Origin: Mytilus edulis
Lineage: Eukaryota
Direction: 5' to 3'
Assembly: GCF_963676685.1 (NCBI RefSeq)
Contig: NC_092344.1
Coordinates: 88,226,001 to 88,290,000 of the forward strand
DNA length: 64,000 nucleotides
Below, in pieces: positions 12,658-23,942 of this stretch (within the stretch, counting starts at the first letter, position 1; each line of letters starts with the position of its first letter). The position numbers were made by a program, and so were the translations under genes. Below the pieces are notes generated by a model. That model made no database searches. It saw nothing but the letters and a program-made list of their open reading frames with translations, and was not told the DNA's origin.

Positions 12658-14677
12658 TTAAATGCCAGTTTCACCTTGTTCGGTTTCTCCTGTGGGCATG
12701 TCCTGACCGAATTCAGTGTTCTCATTTTCATTCATCTGTGGCATCATGTCAGATGGAGATGATCTAAAAACAAAAACAAAATTAATACTTAAAATGTGTT
12801 TTACATTATGTGAAGAAGTTGATTGAAGGTTGGTTGACAGTTCTTAAGTATCTCTGTCACTGTTATTAAGAAAAAAATTCAACCAAATTTATTGTAAGTT
12901 AAGCTATCCAGATATAGATATTATTATATGGCATGTTTAGAAGAGATGTGAAAAAGTCGGAATTGTTTTTATCTAACGTAAGATTATAAAAAAAATGAGT
13001 CTTTCATGTTTTTTTTTTTTTTAAATCAGCGTACGGTATAATATTTTTAGACTCGTTTGGACTAATTACGTGTGCTCAATCCACTACATATGTTTTTAAA
13101 CGACTTACACTTGTATATGTTAGCGAAATGCTGTTTATGTAACACGTTGTTAGCCAGTTAACATCTGAAATCAACCTGAACATAAAATCCTATCCAATTA
13201 TGTAAGAAATATATTGACCACTATACAAGAGCAAAACAAAAACACAAAACAAATCATTATTTCAATTGCAAGTTCAACATACCCTTCATTTTCAGGGAAT
13301 TTCATGGAATGCTCACTGGAACAACGAAGACATTTGCAGTAGCAACGCCCTCTGTATAGGACTGATACATAATATCCACAGCGTCTTGCTCTACAATGGC
13401 CTTTACATCTGGAAGCACAACTTGCCTCTGCCTCATGGACTGAAACATAAAAATAAATGTAATGCGTTAATAGTAAATATAGGAATTCGTTAATTGCTAT
13501 TTTGTCATTTTATTCAGCACTAAGTTTTTAAGTAATTTTCATTGAAAACATAAAACTGACAACAAAAAGAATAGCAAAAACTTAAAGGGAGAATATTAAT
13601 GACTGAATATGGTGACATAGTCGGAATTCAAAGATATCTCCGGAGATCACATTAATAAATATTATTTTGATAAGAATAATTGTTAATCTAAACCTAAATT
13701 TAAGATGAAACGTTGAGACAATACCAATGCTGTTGGCAAAACTGAGAAATGGGTAAATCTTCATAATCATGCTGTTGTAGGGTCTGTTTTGATTCAATAC
13801 TAATACCGGTAGTTTGAATATAAAAAGTTGTTTTACTCGCTGAGATAAAAAAACAAACAAAAACAACATTGTTTTCCATTATCCTACGTTTTTATTTTTA
13901 TACGTCTCTGGTAATTTTTTTTAAAGAAATCAACGTGTTGGTCATGATTTTGACATCACATACGTCAGGTACGGATTCAGTAATTTTAAAAGGAGGGGGG
14001 CTCCTAACATAGGATAAAGGGGGGGGGGGTTCAACCACATGTCCCCATTCGAATGCATTGATCGTCCAAAAAAAGGGGGGTTGCAACCCCCGGAACCTCC
14101 ACCCTGGATCCGCCACTGTACGTAAAATGAACAAAACCATAAAACATAGGTATATATTTTATTCATTTTTAAGACGAAATGTTAAATACGATATAATTGA
14201 TCACATGCAGTTTTAAACTTCTTGCTTATTGATGAAATAGTCAGAAATATAAATCATTTTAACTGGAAATATTTGTGAACTTGGTTAAGATATAGAGATT
14301 TAGTAAATGTCACGTGATCTATCAAGTTAAATAATATTAAGGGAATTGATCATTCGTCTCCACTCGGCCGATTCCGTACCCTCATTTAACAGAAGGAGAG
14401 TAGTGGATTCCACCGGGGATTGTCGAATGGGGAATTGATCATACCTATTTTGTAAATTTTGTAAAAGCTAATTTTAAAATCCCTTAAAAGCTAAATGTCT
14501 TCATTGGGACACAAATACTTTACCGAAGTCGTTCTGAAAGAGAGTAAGCCAACGTAGAAAGGACATTTTAATTTGCATTTGAAACATTTAAATGACTTTA
14601 AATTATAGTAACAAAATGTTGTACATACCTGCAAGAATTGCTACAAGAGCGATAGCCAGAATAACTGCTGCCTTCAT
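12658..14677 (-). CDS. MytB: Mytilin B precursor (103 aa), coding exons 14677-14629, 13439-13283, 12763-12658
   Basis: Spliced product MKAAVILAIALVAILAVHEAEA-SCASRCKGHCRARRCGYYVSVLYRGRCYCKCLRC-SSEHSMKFPENEGSSPSDMMPQMNENENTEFGQDMPTGETEQGETGI, matching the recalled mytilin B precursor. All junctions GT/AG; AATAAA at 12533-12528. Missed by the ORF track because it is spliced. Confidence 0.98.
13966..14118. mobile_element. 153-bp GC-rich MITE-like insertion in mytilin B intron 2
   Basis: Imperfect TIR CAGGTACGGATTCAG / CTGGATCCGCCACTG, flanked by TACGT on both sides; absent from the paralogous G1 intron (~6685-6730). Confidence 0.75.
14351..14429. mobile_element. 79-bp insertion with 10-bp TSD in mytilin B intron 2
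   Basis: GGGAATTGAT at 14341-14350 and 14430-14439; termini CATTCG/CGAATG. Confidence 0.7.
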
Positions 14678-15136
14678 ATTGGATCAAAAATAGATGTTGG
14701 TCTGAAATGAAAAGGATTGTAACATTATTGACATACACATGAGAAGGTATGCAATGAAAAAGGAAAACACAAAAAAAAATAAAAAAATTTATACACATTT
14801 AAACTTTTGGGTAGTATCAAATACGGAAGTTTGACATATCTGGCGTTAAAAAAATTTACGGTAACAATTACAGCACTTTATTTTTATTTTGGTTTGAAAG
14901 CATCACTGAAAAAAATAAGAAACATTTTTAACCCCACTGCGAGAGTGTTATTCATTAAGAGTGTAGATAAATAAATATAGCAGATATGCATTAAAAATAT
15001 GCATAATTTATTAATTTTTGAAATAATTTTGATTTATTGAAAAGGTAAGACATAATACGTCTATTTCTAAAGATCGTCGTTTTGATTATTTTGATTTTAA
15101 TACAGTGATACAATTTTTATTTAAAAAAATACTTAC

Positions 15137-15312
15137 CTTATGTGTATGATTCAGATAGTCAGCAGGCTGTTAAAGTAAATTGATAAATTGGCAGTTTTTA
15201 TAACATTTGATTTTGAAATGACAATTCCGTCGGAGGGAAGTAGGTTTGTAAAACGGATTTGCGTCTTGTTTTTCTATGTTAAATCTGTGTTATGTCGGAA
15301 ATATAAGGCGTT
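15137..15312 (-). promoter_or_regulatory. Non-coding exon 1 and core promoter of mytilin B
   Basis: Donor AAG|GTAAGT at 15137/15136; TATAAAA at 15202-15196; conserved TTCCGTCGGA block upstream. Confidence 0.8.
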
Positions 15313-16315
15313 TACAAAAAATAGATATCAGAAGATTTGGTATGAACACTTCTTCATCCCAGTTACAATTTGTAAAAAGTAAACCATTATAGGTCAAAGT
15401 ACGGTCTTCAACACGGAGCCTTGTAAAACCAATTAATCAGAACGACCTTTGGTCAAATCTATATTAAAAAAAGATAAACACTGATGAACCACACCAACAA
15501 ACGACAACCAGTATACAACAGGTTTCTGATTTAGAACCGGTGCAAACCATTATGCAACTGGTTTAAACTTTTCAACAGGCGCTAACATTCACTCTAACAT
15601 GAAATAGTAGTGTAACATTACAACATAGAAAGACACACTATAACATATAAATTGAAATGACTTATCTAAATCAAAACACTTATTAAAAAAACAAGTAAAC
15701 TAACACTGACCATATAGATTTATGACACAACTTAGATAAAATAATAATAAAAAAAGGGGGAGATGTCAAACAATATCAGAAAATACAACTTTAACAATGG
15801 ACGAAATAGCGTTAAATAAACCCCATTATATACAAAAACATAAAAATTAGAAAGGACTACTAGTATATGAACAATTTTAAAACAGGAACAGTTATTTGGA
15901 TCTCATGCGACATCCTTTATATTTTCCTGCGCTCCTATCAACAATATGTCGAAAGTAAGAAGACACGAAGGGAAAAAGACTAACAAAGAAAAAGATTAGG
16001 CCATGCTTTAGAAAAATGATTTGGGTCATTTGCAAGTGCTAATTACAATAATTGATTTTTACAGCTTGATATTGTTCTTTTTTGTTAAAGTATATATAAA
16101 TGATACAGTGAAAAGGCTAAAAACAACGACCAAAAAGATCATTTTTCAGTTCTTAGTTGGGTGGAATATTCATTACCTAAATCCTATTCTTTCAAGGAAA
16201 GTCAATAATCAGTTGGTTGTCCACATTTAAAAGAAAAACAATCTCACTAGAGAAATAATCTTATTGGTCATTATACCACAGCTCCTTATTTTCATACCGA
16301 CACGAAATGTTTGTT

Positions 16316-16457
16316 TGACTGTAATTTTTTTTCTGTCTATGAAGAAATAACATAAAAAATTTGGTGCACACTGAATAACGCGCGTAGCGGGATATTTAAT
16401 AGTGTGCACCACATTTTTTTATGTTATTTCGAATAGACAGAAAAAATATTACAGTCA
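16316..16457. repeat. Long imperfect hairpin (about 60-bp arms), MITE-like
   Basis: TGACTGTAAT..TTCTGTCTAT..AAATAACATAAAAAAT..GGTGCACACT is mirrored by AGTGTGCACC..TTTTTATGTTATTT..ATAGACAGAA..ATTACAGTCA. Confidence 0.75.
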
Positions 16458-19400
16458 TTATAATTTAATTCTAAATTCCATTTTAAACTGTAGAAAACCA
16501 TGAAAAAACGTTGATGACGTCACGGTCACATGACTAATTATGTCTATGGGCTGATAACAAAATAACGCCAGCCAATCAGAAGACGCGTTACATCCAAAAT
16601 TAAATTATATGTACCAAGCATGAATGATAAAAGAATAATACAGCAAAATGTATTTTCATGATTGAAATGAAACTATCCAGTGACACCCAACACAGAAATG
16701 CATTTACATGCCATAATACATATTATATTTTCAAGCTATCTTGTAGTAAACTAAATTTATTCTTTTAAATTTTATTCACAAACTAAGTCAAATTAAAACT
16801 TTTCTGATTATATTTTTGAATATAATCATTGTTTGTAGTTTGGCTAGCATAAAACCAGGTTTAAGCAACCATCTTTTTCTTGAAATGTTCTGTACCAAGT
16901 CAGTAATATGACATACATTTATCAAATAGTCCGTTTCTATATATGTTGGCGTTTGTTTTTGTTGCAGTTAACTATTTCTGTTTTCCCTTTTATAGTTGAT
17001 TTGTTGCCGATGGTTTTGATTTGTGACCCGGAATCTTTTCGTTTAATCGATTTATGACTATTGATCAGCGGTATACTACTGTTGACTTTATTTTCATATT
17101 CGAAATGGTACTTTTATACTCCGAATAGTTTATTTCGTAAGTTATCATAGAAGCGGATGCATTCTCAAATATATTTAATGGCAAGTTACGTATCATTGGA
17201 TAGTTCTTAATAGAATTATGGAAATAAAATGATGTGGTAAAATTGCCAATTAAACAAATCTCCAACAGAGTCCAAATAACATAGAAGTTATTAAGTGTAG
17301 GCCATCGTATGACCTCCAATAATAAACAAAACCATTTATTGCATAGTCAGCTATAAAAGTCGTCAAAACCCCCCTTACAACAAAAATGATCATTATATGT
17401 CTTCTACAGACTCGGCTGTGTATTCAATAATGTCAAAGCCTAACCTATCGTAATGCATTTCTATTTCCTCTTGGAGACATATATGTCTTATTTTCTTATA
17501 ATGCATGCAGTAATCATTTTGAGAGTGAGTATGTCTGTCTATTTGTGTGCTTTCTCAACGAAAGAAAGTGTCTCCTTTCATAATTTTTTGGCATCCTGAA
17601 AATAAGTTGTTTGTAAATAATAAAAGCAACAGTAGTATATCACTGTTTAATAATTATAAATCGATTCAACGAAAACAAATCCGGGTTACAAAGTACAACC
17701 GAGGGAATAAAACATCAACTATAGGAAGAAAAAACTTACAACAGAAACACTGAATTGCAACAAAAACAAACGTCCACATACATAGACACGGGCTATTTTA
17801 TAACAAAAGCATATATGACGTTAGCCGTATTTAAAAGCACATCTTTTTTTAACTTTAGATTTTCACTTCGTATTCGATCGGCTTTCTGACTGTTAAGATT
17901 GGAGTGCCAATGAATATGAAGACAACTCGTGTCTCTGTCATACCAAACTTTATTTAAGATTTCGTCTAATACCAGAAGTCTTTCGACATTTTAAATAAAT
18001 AGATTCATTGTTGATTTAATAGATAAAAAAAATTAAGGGTAATTGGTAATATTAGGTCCCAAAATGATCAATTTAAATATAAGGGATTTTCGGTTTCTGT
18101 ATTCTATTTTAGACCTTTCCATGGTAACGGATTGAACTGAGAAAAACAACACTAACAAGTATCAACTTCAAAATAAACACATAGATCAACGATGTAATGT
18201 ACGCTATAAAAAACATCTAAAACAACATGTGAAACATTAAATGTAAAGAAGATACTACAAGAAGAAAAACAAAACTGTACTGTAGCTTCCTGTCCTTTGA
18301 AAGCCTTAAGTATACAGGGGTAGAGTAAAATTATAAGATTTGTGGTATACTTTAGTTCAACCCGATTAAACCAAAACCGCTCTCTTAAAATATAACCCTT
18401 CCATATGTATTTGTTATTTGTTATGTTGACCCGGTTATTTGATGTTATTGATTTAATAAGTTTCCGATCGGAAGGGAAATAATTGTTGCTGAACAACTTA
18501 ATTGTATCCGAATCAGTAAACAAACAGTTAATGAACCTTGTATCGTTTATGACCCTTTTAATCCAAATAAGAACAGACTATTGTAAGATGTACATTATAG
18601 ATGTTATTGAAAGAGCATTTTACAAATGACAGTTCACTTCCTAAAATGTCTATCTCTCATAATCGGGAAGACAAGGGAAAGGATTGTCTGTTTATCGGCT
18701 ATGTCTTTATCTGGGATTTATCAAGCAGATTTGCTGGTTTTAGTAAAAGAGTAGCTTTTTGTTTTAGTCTTTCCTGCTTAATATTTTTCTGGAAACAAAT
18801 AATCTTGAAGCAGCGCACATTTGAAATACCGAATTATACTTGTTACCGTATTTGTCCTTCATATGAGCAACACGACGAGTGGCACATGTGGATCAGGATC
18901 TACTTACCCGTCCGGAGCACATGAGATAGGTCCCGGGTTTTGTTGGGGTTCTGGTTGCTCAGCTTTTGTTTTATTTGTTGAATTTCATATACTGTCTTTT
19001 GGTCCTTTTCTTTAGTTTTGCCATATCGTTGTGAGTTTATTTTCGGTTAATAATGTTTAATGTTCCTTTCGTGTCTCTTTTAATGTCATTGGAGAGCCTA
19101 CTGTCTCTTGATGGACCAGTTGACTAACTTATGCGAATATCATTAACAACGTTTTTCTTGTATTACATTTTTGAAAAGGCATGCCTTCAAACAAGATACT
19201 TTTAGATAAGAAACTTATAAAGATTGATACTTTGGGAATGACCATGAATTCACTAATTCATTGTTTGAAACAGATCTTACATGTTGTTTTTGTTTATTTT
19301 TTCTGAATAAAAACAAACGCTTTATAATTTCATGCTTTTCTACCTTTTCTTGATTAACCTTCATAAGGAGGCATCAAAGCCCAATATTTGATGGTATTAA

Positions 19401-19559
19401 AGGGACCTCAAAATTAAAACCAAATTTATCTAATGTGAATATCGACTAAGGGAGTTGAAACCTAAATTTCTTAGTAATTTCGAAATCTATCAACGGAAAA
19501 TTTACAATCTGTTTGTTATCAATCTTGTTAGCAACAAAGAACTAAATACTTAGCATAAT

Positions 19560-20962
19560 GAGGACCACTATATGAAATTGTGCAATCGGGGTATGGCATC
19601 ATCAAGATGGATGCCGTTGCCATGGAAACTGATAAAATGTGAATAAAAGGCAAATTCTAAATCTTTTGTTATAAGAGCCAACCTAATGAAACTTTATGTA
19701 AATGTTGGCAGTGGTGCCCTGAGGTACCAACGGTACTTAGCTTCTGCAAAATCTCTACCATTGCCATGGAAACTGGAGAAAAGTTTAAAATTGAACCTAT
19801 GGGAAAAAACATCAAACCAGCCTTTTCTAATAGAATATACTAAGATCAAACTCAAAGAAACTTCATAGATATATAACATGGCATAAGTCAATGTTGCAGC
19901 TGTTATTGGAATTTTCAAAATGGATACCGTAACCATTGAAACAGCAAAAATTTCCAAAAATTTCATAATGGTCTAAACTATATGAAACTTATAATAAATG
20001 GTAATTGACAATTACAGATAAGAATTTGGATTTTGGAATTTCCAAAATGGTCGCCGTTGCCATGGAAACTGCAAAAATAAAAAAAAATACAAATGTTAAA
20101 TTTTTGTGATGTATTTAAGTGCTTTGGCTGCTTTAAATTTTCAAAATGGCTGCAGATTAGTGGCAATATGGGAAGGGTGCCATCCGCTATTGCTTGCAAT
20201 GGCAAATCTAGTAATTATTATATTTATTTTTCCACACTTTTTTTGTCCATGCTATTTCTCAGAATTAGTTAAACAATTTTAATGTAACTATACCATAATG
20301 TAGACCACTGCATGCAATGGTGCAGTGGGGTATGGCATCATCAAGATGGCTGCCGTTGCCATGGAAACGAAACAAATGTGAAAAAAATCCAGTTTTTTGT
20401 TTTGGTGAACTGTTTGGATATGCTTGAACTCAGAATCATTATAATTTAATACAATACTATATACAGGTGTTGGATGATTTTGGCACTCATTAAAACTGCA
20501 ATATTGCCATGGAAACTACACCAAAAATTTCAAAAAAAATAAAATGCTCCAAACTTCATAAAACTTCACAGTAACGATGAGCAACATTGGAAGATGTGGC
20601 ATTTGGAGTTGGAATTTCTAAAATGGCCGTTGTTACCATGGAAACAATGCAAAAAGGTCAAAATTTTCAAAAAATATAAAAATGCTGCAAACTGGATGAA
20701 ACTTGGTCACTGGCAAAAGCAGACTTTATGAATGGAAGATGTGGCATTTGAAGTTGGAATTTTTTAAATGGCCGTCGTAACCATGGAAACAGCAAAAACG
20801 TCCATAATTTTAAAATGTTCCAAACTTAACGAAACTTTGTTAAACAGATAATTTGTATGTGTAGATGCACTCTTTGACTTTGAAATTTTCTAAATGGCTG
20901 CAGCTCGCCTGGCAATGGGGCAAGGGTGCCATCCGCTATATTGCTTGCAATGACAAATCTAG
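19560..20962 (+). mobile_element. Two adjacent Helitron/Helentron-related non-autonomous repeats with internal GCCGTTGCCATGGAAAC subrepeats
   Basis: About ten CCATGGAAAC motifs. Both units end in AAGGGTGCCATCCGCTA(TA)TTGCTTGCAATG.CAAATCTAG (near 20210 and 20961), a short hairpin plus CTAG. The superfamily is inferred. Confidence 0.6.
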
Positions 20963-21637
20963 CTGTAATTGCTTTTACATGTGTCAGCTTTAATATTGGC
21001 ATTCAAGAGACGAATGTTTTCCTGAATATCCCTGTCCCTTCTTTTGTATACCTATTGTTAGACGACTGATCAAGGATAAGGGTTAATCTTCAACGCATGT
21101 TTTTGCTTTATCGTATATTTTGTCAAGCTATAATATGGTATTGAGAGCAGATGTTGAATAGTATCTATTAAATTTACTGCTAACCTTTTATAGGTTAGAC
21201 GATAAGAACAGGGCATTTTGTAAAGACCACCATCTTTTGTAGAACGCCATACATTGTCATTCAGATGTTTGTTATTGTAACATTTATTTTTAGATTGTTG
21301 TCTCATTGATGTAGATCCCATAGATTTTAGTCGTAAAAGTAAAAAAAAAATTAGAGTTAAGCATCAAGTCAGTTAATTGGAGGGGTGTTAACGGGACTTT
21401 CTACGTTACATACTTAAATCCATTAAAAAATAAACACAAGTAATTGGTTTTGATGAAATATACCATTGAATGTAAAATACTGTCACTAAATATGCCTTTG
21501 AACAGTTCGTTTTATAATGAGTATTTATTGTTTCTGAACTTCAATAACAGAAATTAAATTAAAAAAAAATTGAAAAAAAGTAATACTATATAATGTTTAA
21601 ACAGAAATGGTCATCATCACCTTATTACACCTCCTTG

Positions 21638-23942
21638 TTATATGCCAGTTTCACCTTGCTCGGTGTGTCCTTTCGGTGTATTCTCTACGAATTCATTGTT
21701 CGCATTTCCATCCATCTGTGGAAACATCTGAGATGATCTAAAAAAGAACGTAAATTTATATATATAAAAAAAGAAAGAAAGAGTTAAACTTTTAGATCTA
21801 TGATGTTGATTGAAGTATTCTTCACAGTTTGGCTGGCAGTGTTTATCTTCTTTACTCTTGCCACGTAAACAATCAACCAGATTTAGATTCTGAAAGATGA
21901 TGACTCATAGAAAACCAACGTTTGAAGTGATACCGGTAAAAATACTATTCATTATAATGTATGTGTATCCATAAGGGGCCCTTTAATCGCCTATGAAGTT
22001 TATAATACGTATTACTTACATAGTGATGCAGTTATCATTTCAAGGCAATAGAGGTCAATAGAAAATTGATCAAGAATCGAATCGATAGTTTTTGGATGCA
22101 AAAGGTTTGATTAAAAAAAATCAAACTTATCGTCTAGTGTGTTGTTTTATATGCAAATACACTGATTCGAAATTAACTGAGAAAAGAGGCTGAATCCACT
22201 GCATATGTTTGCTAAAGACCTCCATATGTTTATATTACAGAATTTGATTGAGCTCTTTGGATGGTTCCGTACGGCAAGATATCTCATCTATCCTTCTATT
22301 TCACATTTACAATGGAGCCTCACTTTCATTTTTTGAAACTGATGTATGCATACAATATTTTTCTTAGTGCATTTTATTCAAACTGCAACATACCCTTTAT
22401 TTTCAGAGAATTCCATAGTTTGCACACTTGCACAATCTAAACATCTGCAGGAGCATCGATTTCCATAATGTTTTGCTGAATAACATTTAAAGACTTTGCT
22501 TCTACAAAGATATCTACATTTGGTATGACAATCTGCTTCTGACTCGTGAACTAAAATAAATTACAACATAGATATATCAATAACATGTGCTTATATTGTT
22601 GTCGAATGTATAACTAACCCTTAACTTTTATAATTAGTTATCAAAGGTACCAGGATTATAATCTAGTACGCCAGACGCGCGTTTCGTCTACATCAGACTC
22701 ACCAGTCACGCTCATATAAAAATATTTATAAAGCCAAACAAGAACAAAGTTGAAGAGCATGGAGGATCCAAAATTCCAAAAAGTGGTGCCAAATACGGCT
22801 AAGGTAATCTATGCCTGGGATATAAGCTACTTTACAGGGTTTTTAAAAGCACATTTGGGATGTAGATTCTTCTTGAAGGTGACAAATCACATGAAAGAAA
22901 TAATGATAAGGAAACTGGGTTACCTCCGTGTAAATTTTATAAAAGTTTTTTTTTTAAACCGCTGAATCAAACCGTCTATTTTCGAAACCAAGATCCAGTC
23001 CTTTTTTTATTTGGTTCTGACTTCCCTGAATTTGTTATAGCCATATTCGATACAATATGTTCCACATGTTGAGCAGACCTGCAACTCCTTCAGAGCACAC
23101 GAGATTACCTTTTGGGTCTTAATTAGGCTCGTCTTGTTCAGTCTTTAGTCTTTTATGAAGTGTTTTGTAGCCTGTCGTTGTAGTTGATGTGTTTCCTTCG
23201 GTTTTAGTTTGTAACCCGGGTTTGTTTTCTCTCAATCTATTTATGACTTTTGGACAGCGGTATACTACTGTTGCCTTTGTTTTTTTTTCGTCGTTTTTCG
23301 TGATTTATCTTGGTATTGCCGTTTTTTTTATTGACTTGTTTCTTGTAACTGTTTTCGCTTTGAACACGATTTTGTTTATTCTTCCGGTCACAATTTGGTT
23401 CATCCTTTTCATTCACAGTTTTGTTGATATTACGTCTCGTTAATACCCATACTTCAATGTGCTGTGTCAAATATTTTGCCGTTATCGTTCATTATAGATT
23501 TAAAAAAAAATATCTTTGCAATATACAGTAGGCCAAAAAAAGATATGCCACGCAAAAAAGAAACAAAGAATATCAAATTTTAACACAGAAGACGCTATGG
23601 TGGTATCAAATACACAATCTCTAGCAAAATTAAACGACTCAAGTAAACGGTAAAGCATACCACACTTTTATAACTTTTTGTTCTAAGCATCAATAAATAT
23701 ATCAAGAGAGATTGCCCGGATGTTATTTATTTAGAATGCACATGAATCAATTTATCAAGTATCTTGTTTTAGGGTTGATGTATTAAAAAGGTATTTATTA
23801 AGATTAACACGTTTTGATTATTATAATATCATCGTCTTCATACGTTAATACAGTTGATTTTGACAAAGTTACCTACCTTATGTATATGATTCAGAAAGTC
23901 AACATGCAGTTAATGTAAATTGACAAATTGGCGGTTTTTATA
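21638..23942 (-). pseudogene. Divergent mytilin locus lacking the start/signal-peptide exon 2; exon 3 (22550-22394), exon 4 (21737-21638) and exon 1 (ends 23877) intact
   Basis: Exons 3+4 read open: (V)HESEA-DCHTKCRYLCRSKVFKCYSAKHYGNRCSCRCLDC-ASVQTMEFSENKGSSQMFPQMDGNANNEFVENTPKGHTEQGETGI*. Splice sites, TATAAAA (23942-23936) and AATAAA (21529-21524) are intact. No MK..-type exon 2 was found in 22551-23876. Similarity to the mytilin A/D gene stops near 22610 and resumes near 23534, already inside intron 1. Confidence 0.82.
22636..22825 (-). mobile_element. Partial retrozyme repeat with mutated hammerhead (22668-22711) in the intron of the exon-2-less mytilin
   Basis: Reverse complement of ~35950-36137; the core reads CTGGTGA instead of CTGATGA. 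Confidence 0.8.

Noticed and set aside
23440-23495. Candidate replacement exon 2 for the divergent mytilin (minus-strand ATG AAC GAT...)
   Set aside because: Hits TGA after 12 codons, is not hydrophobic and has no similarity to the paralogous signal exons.
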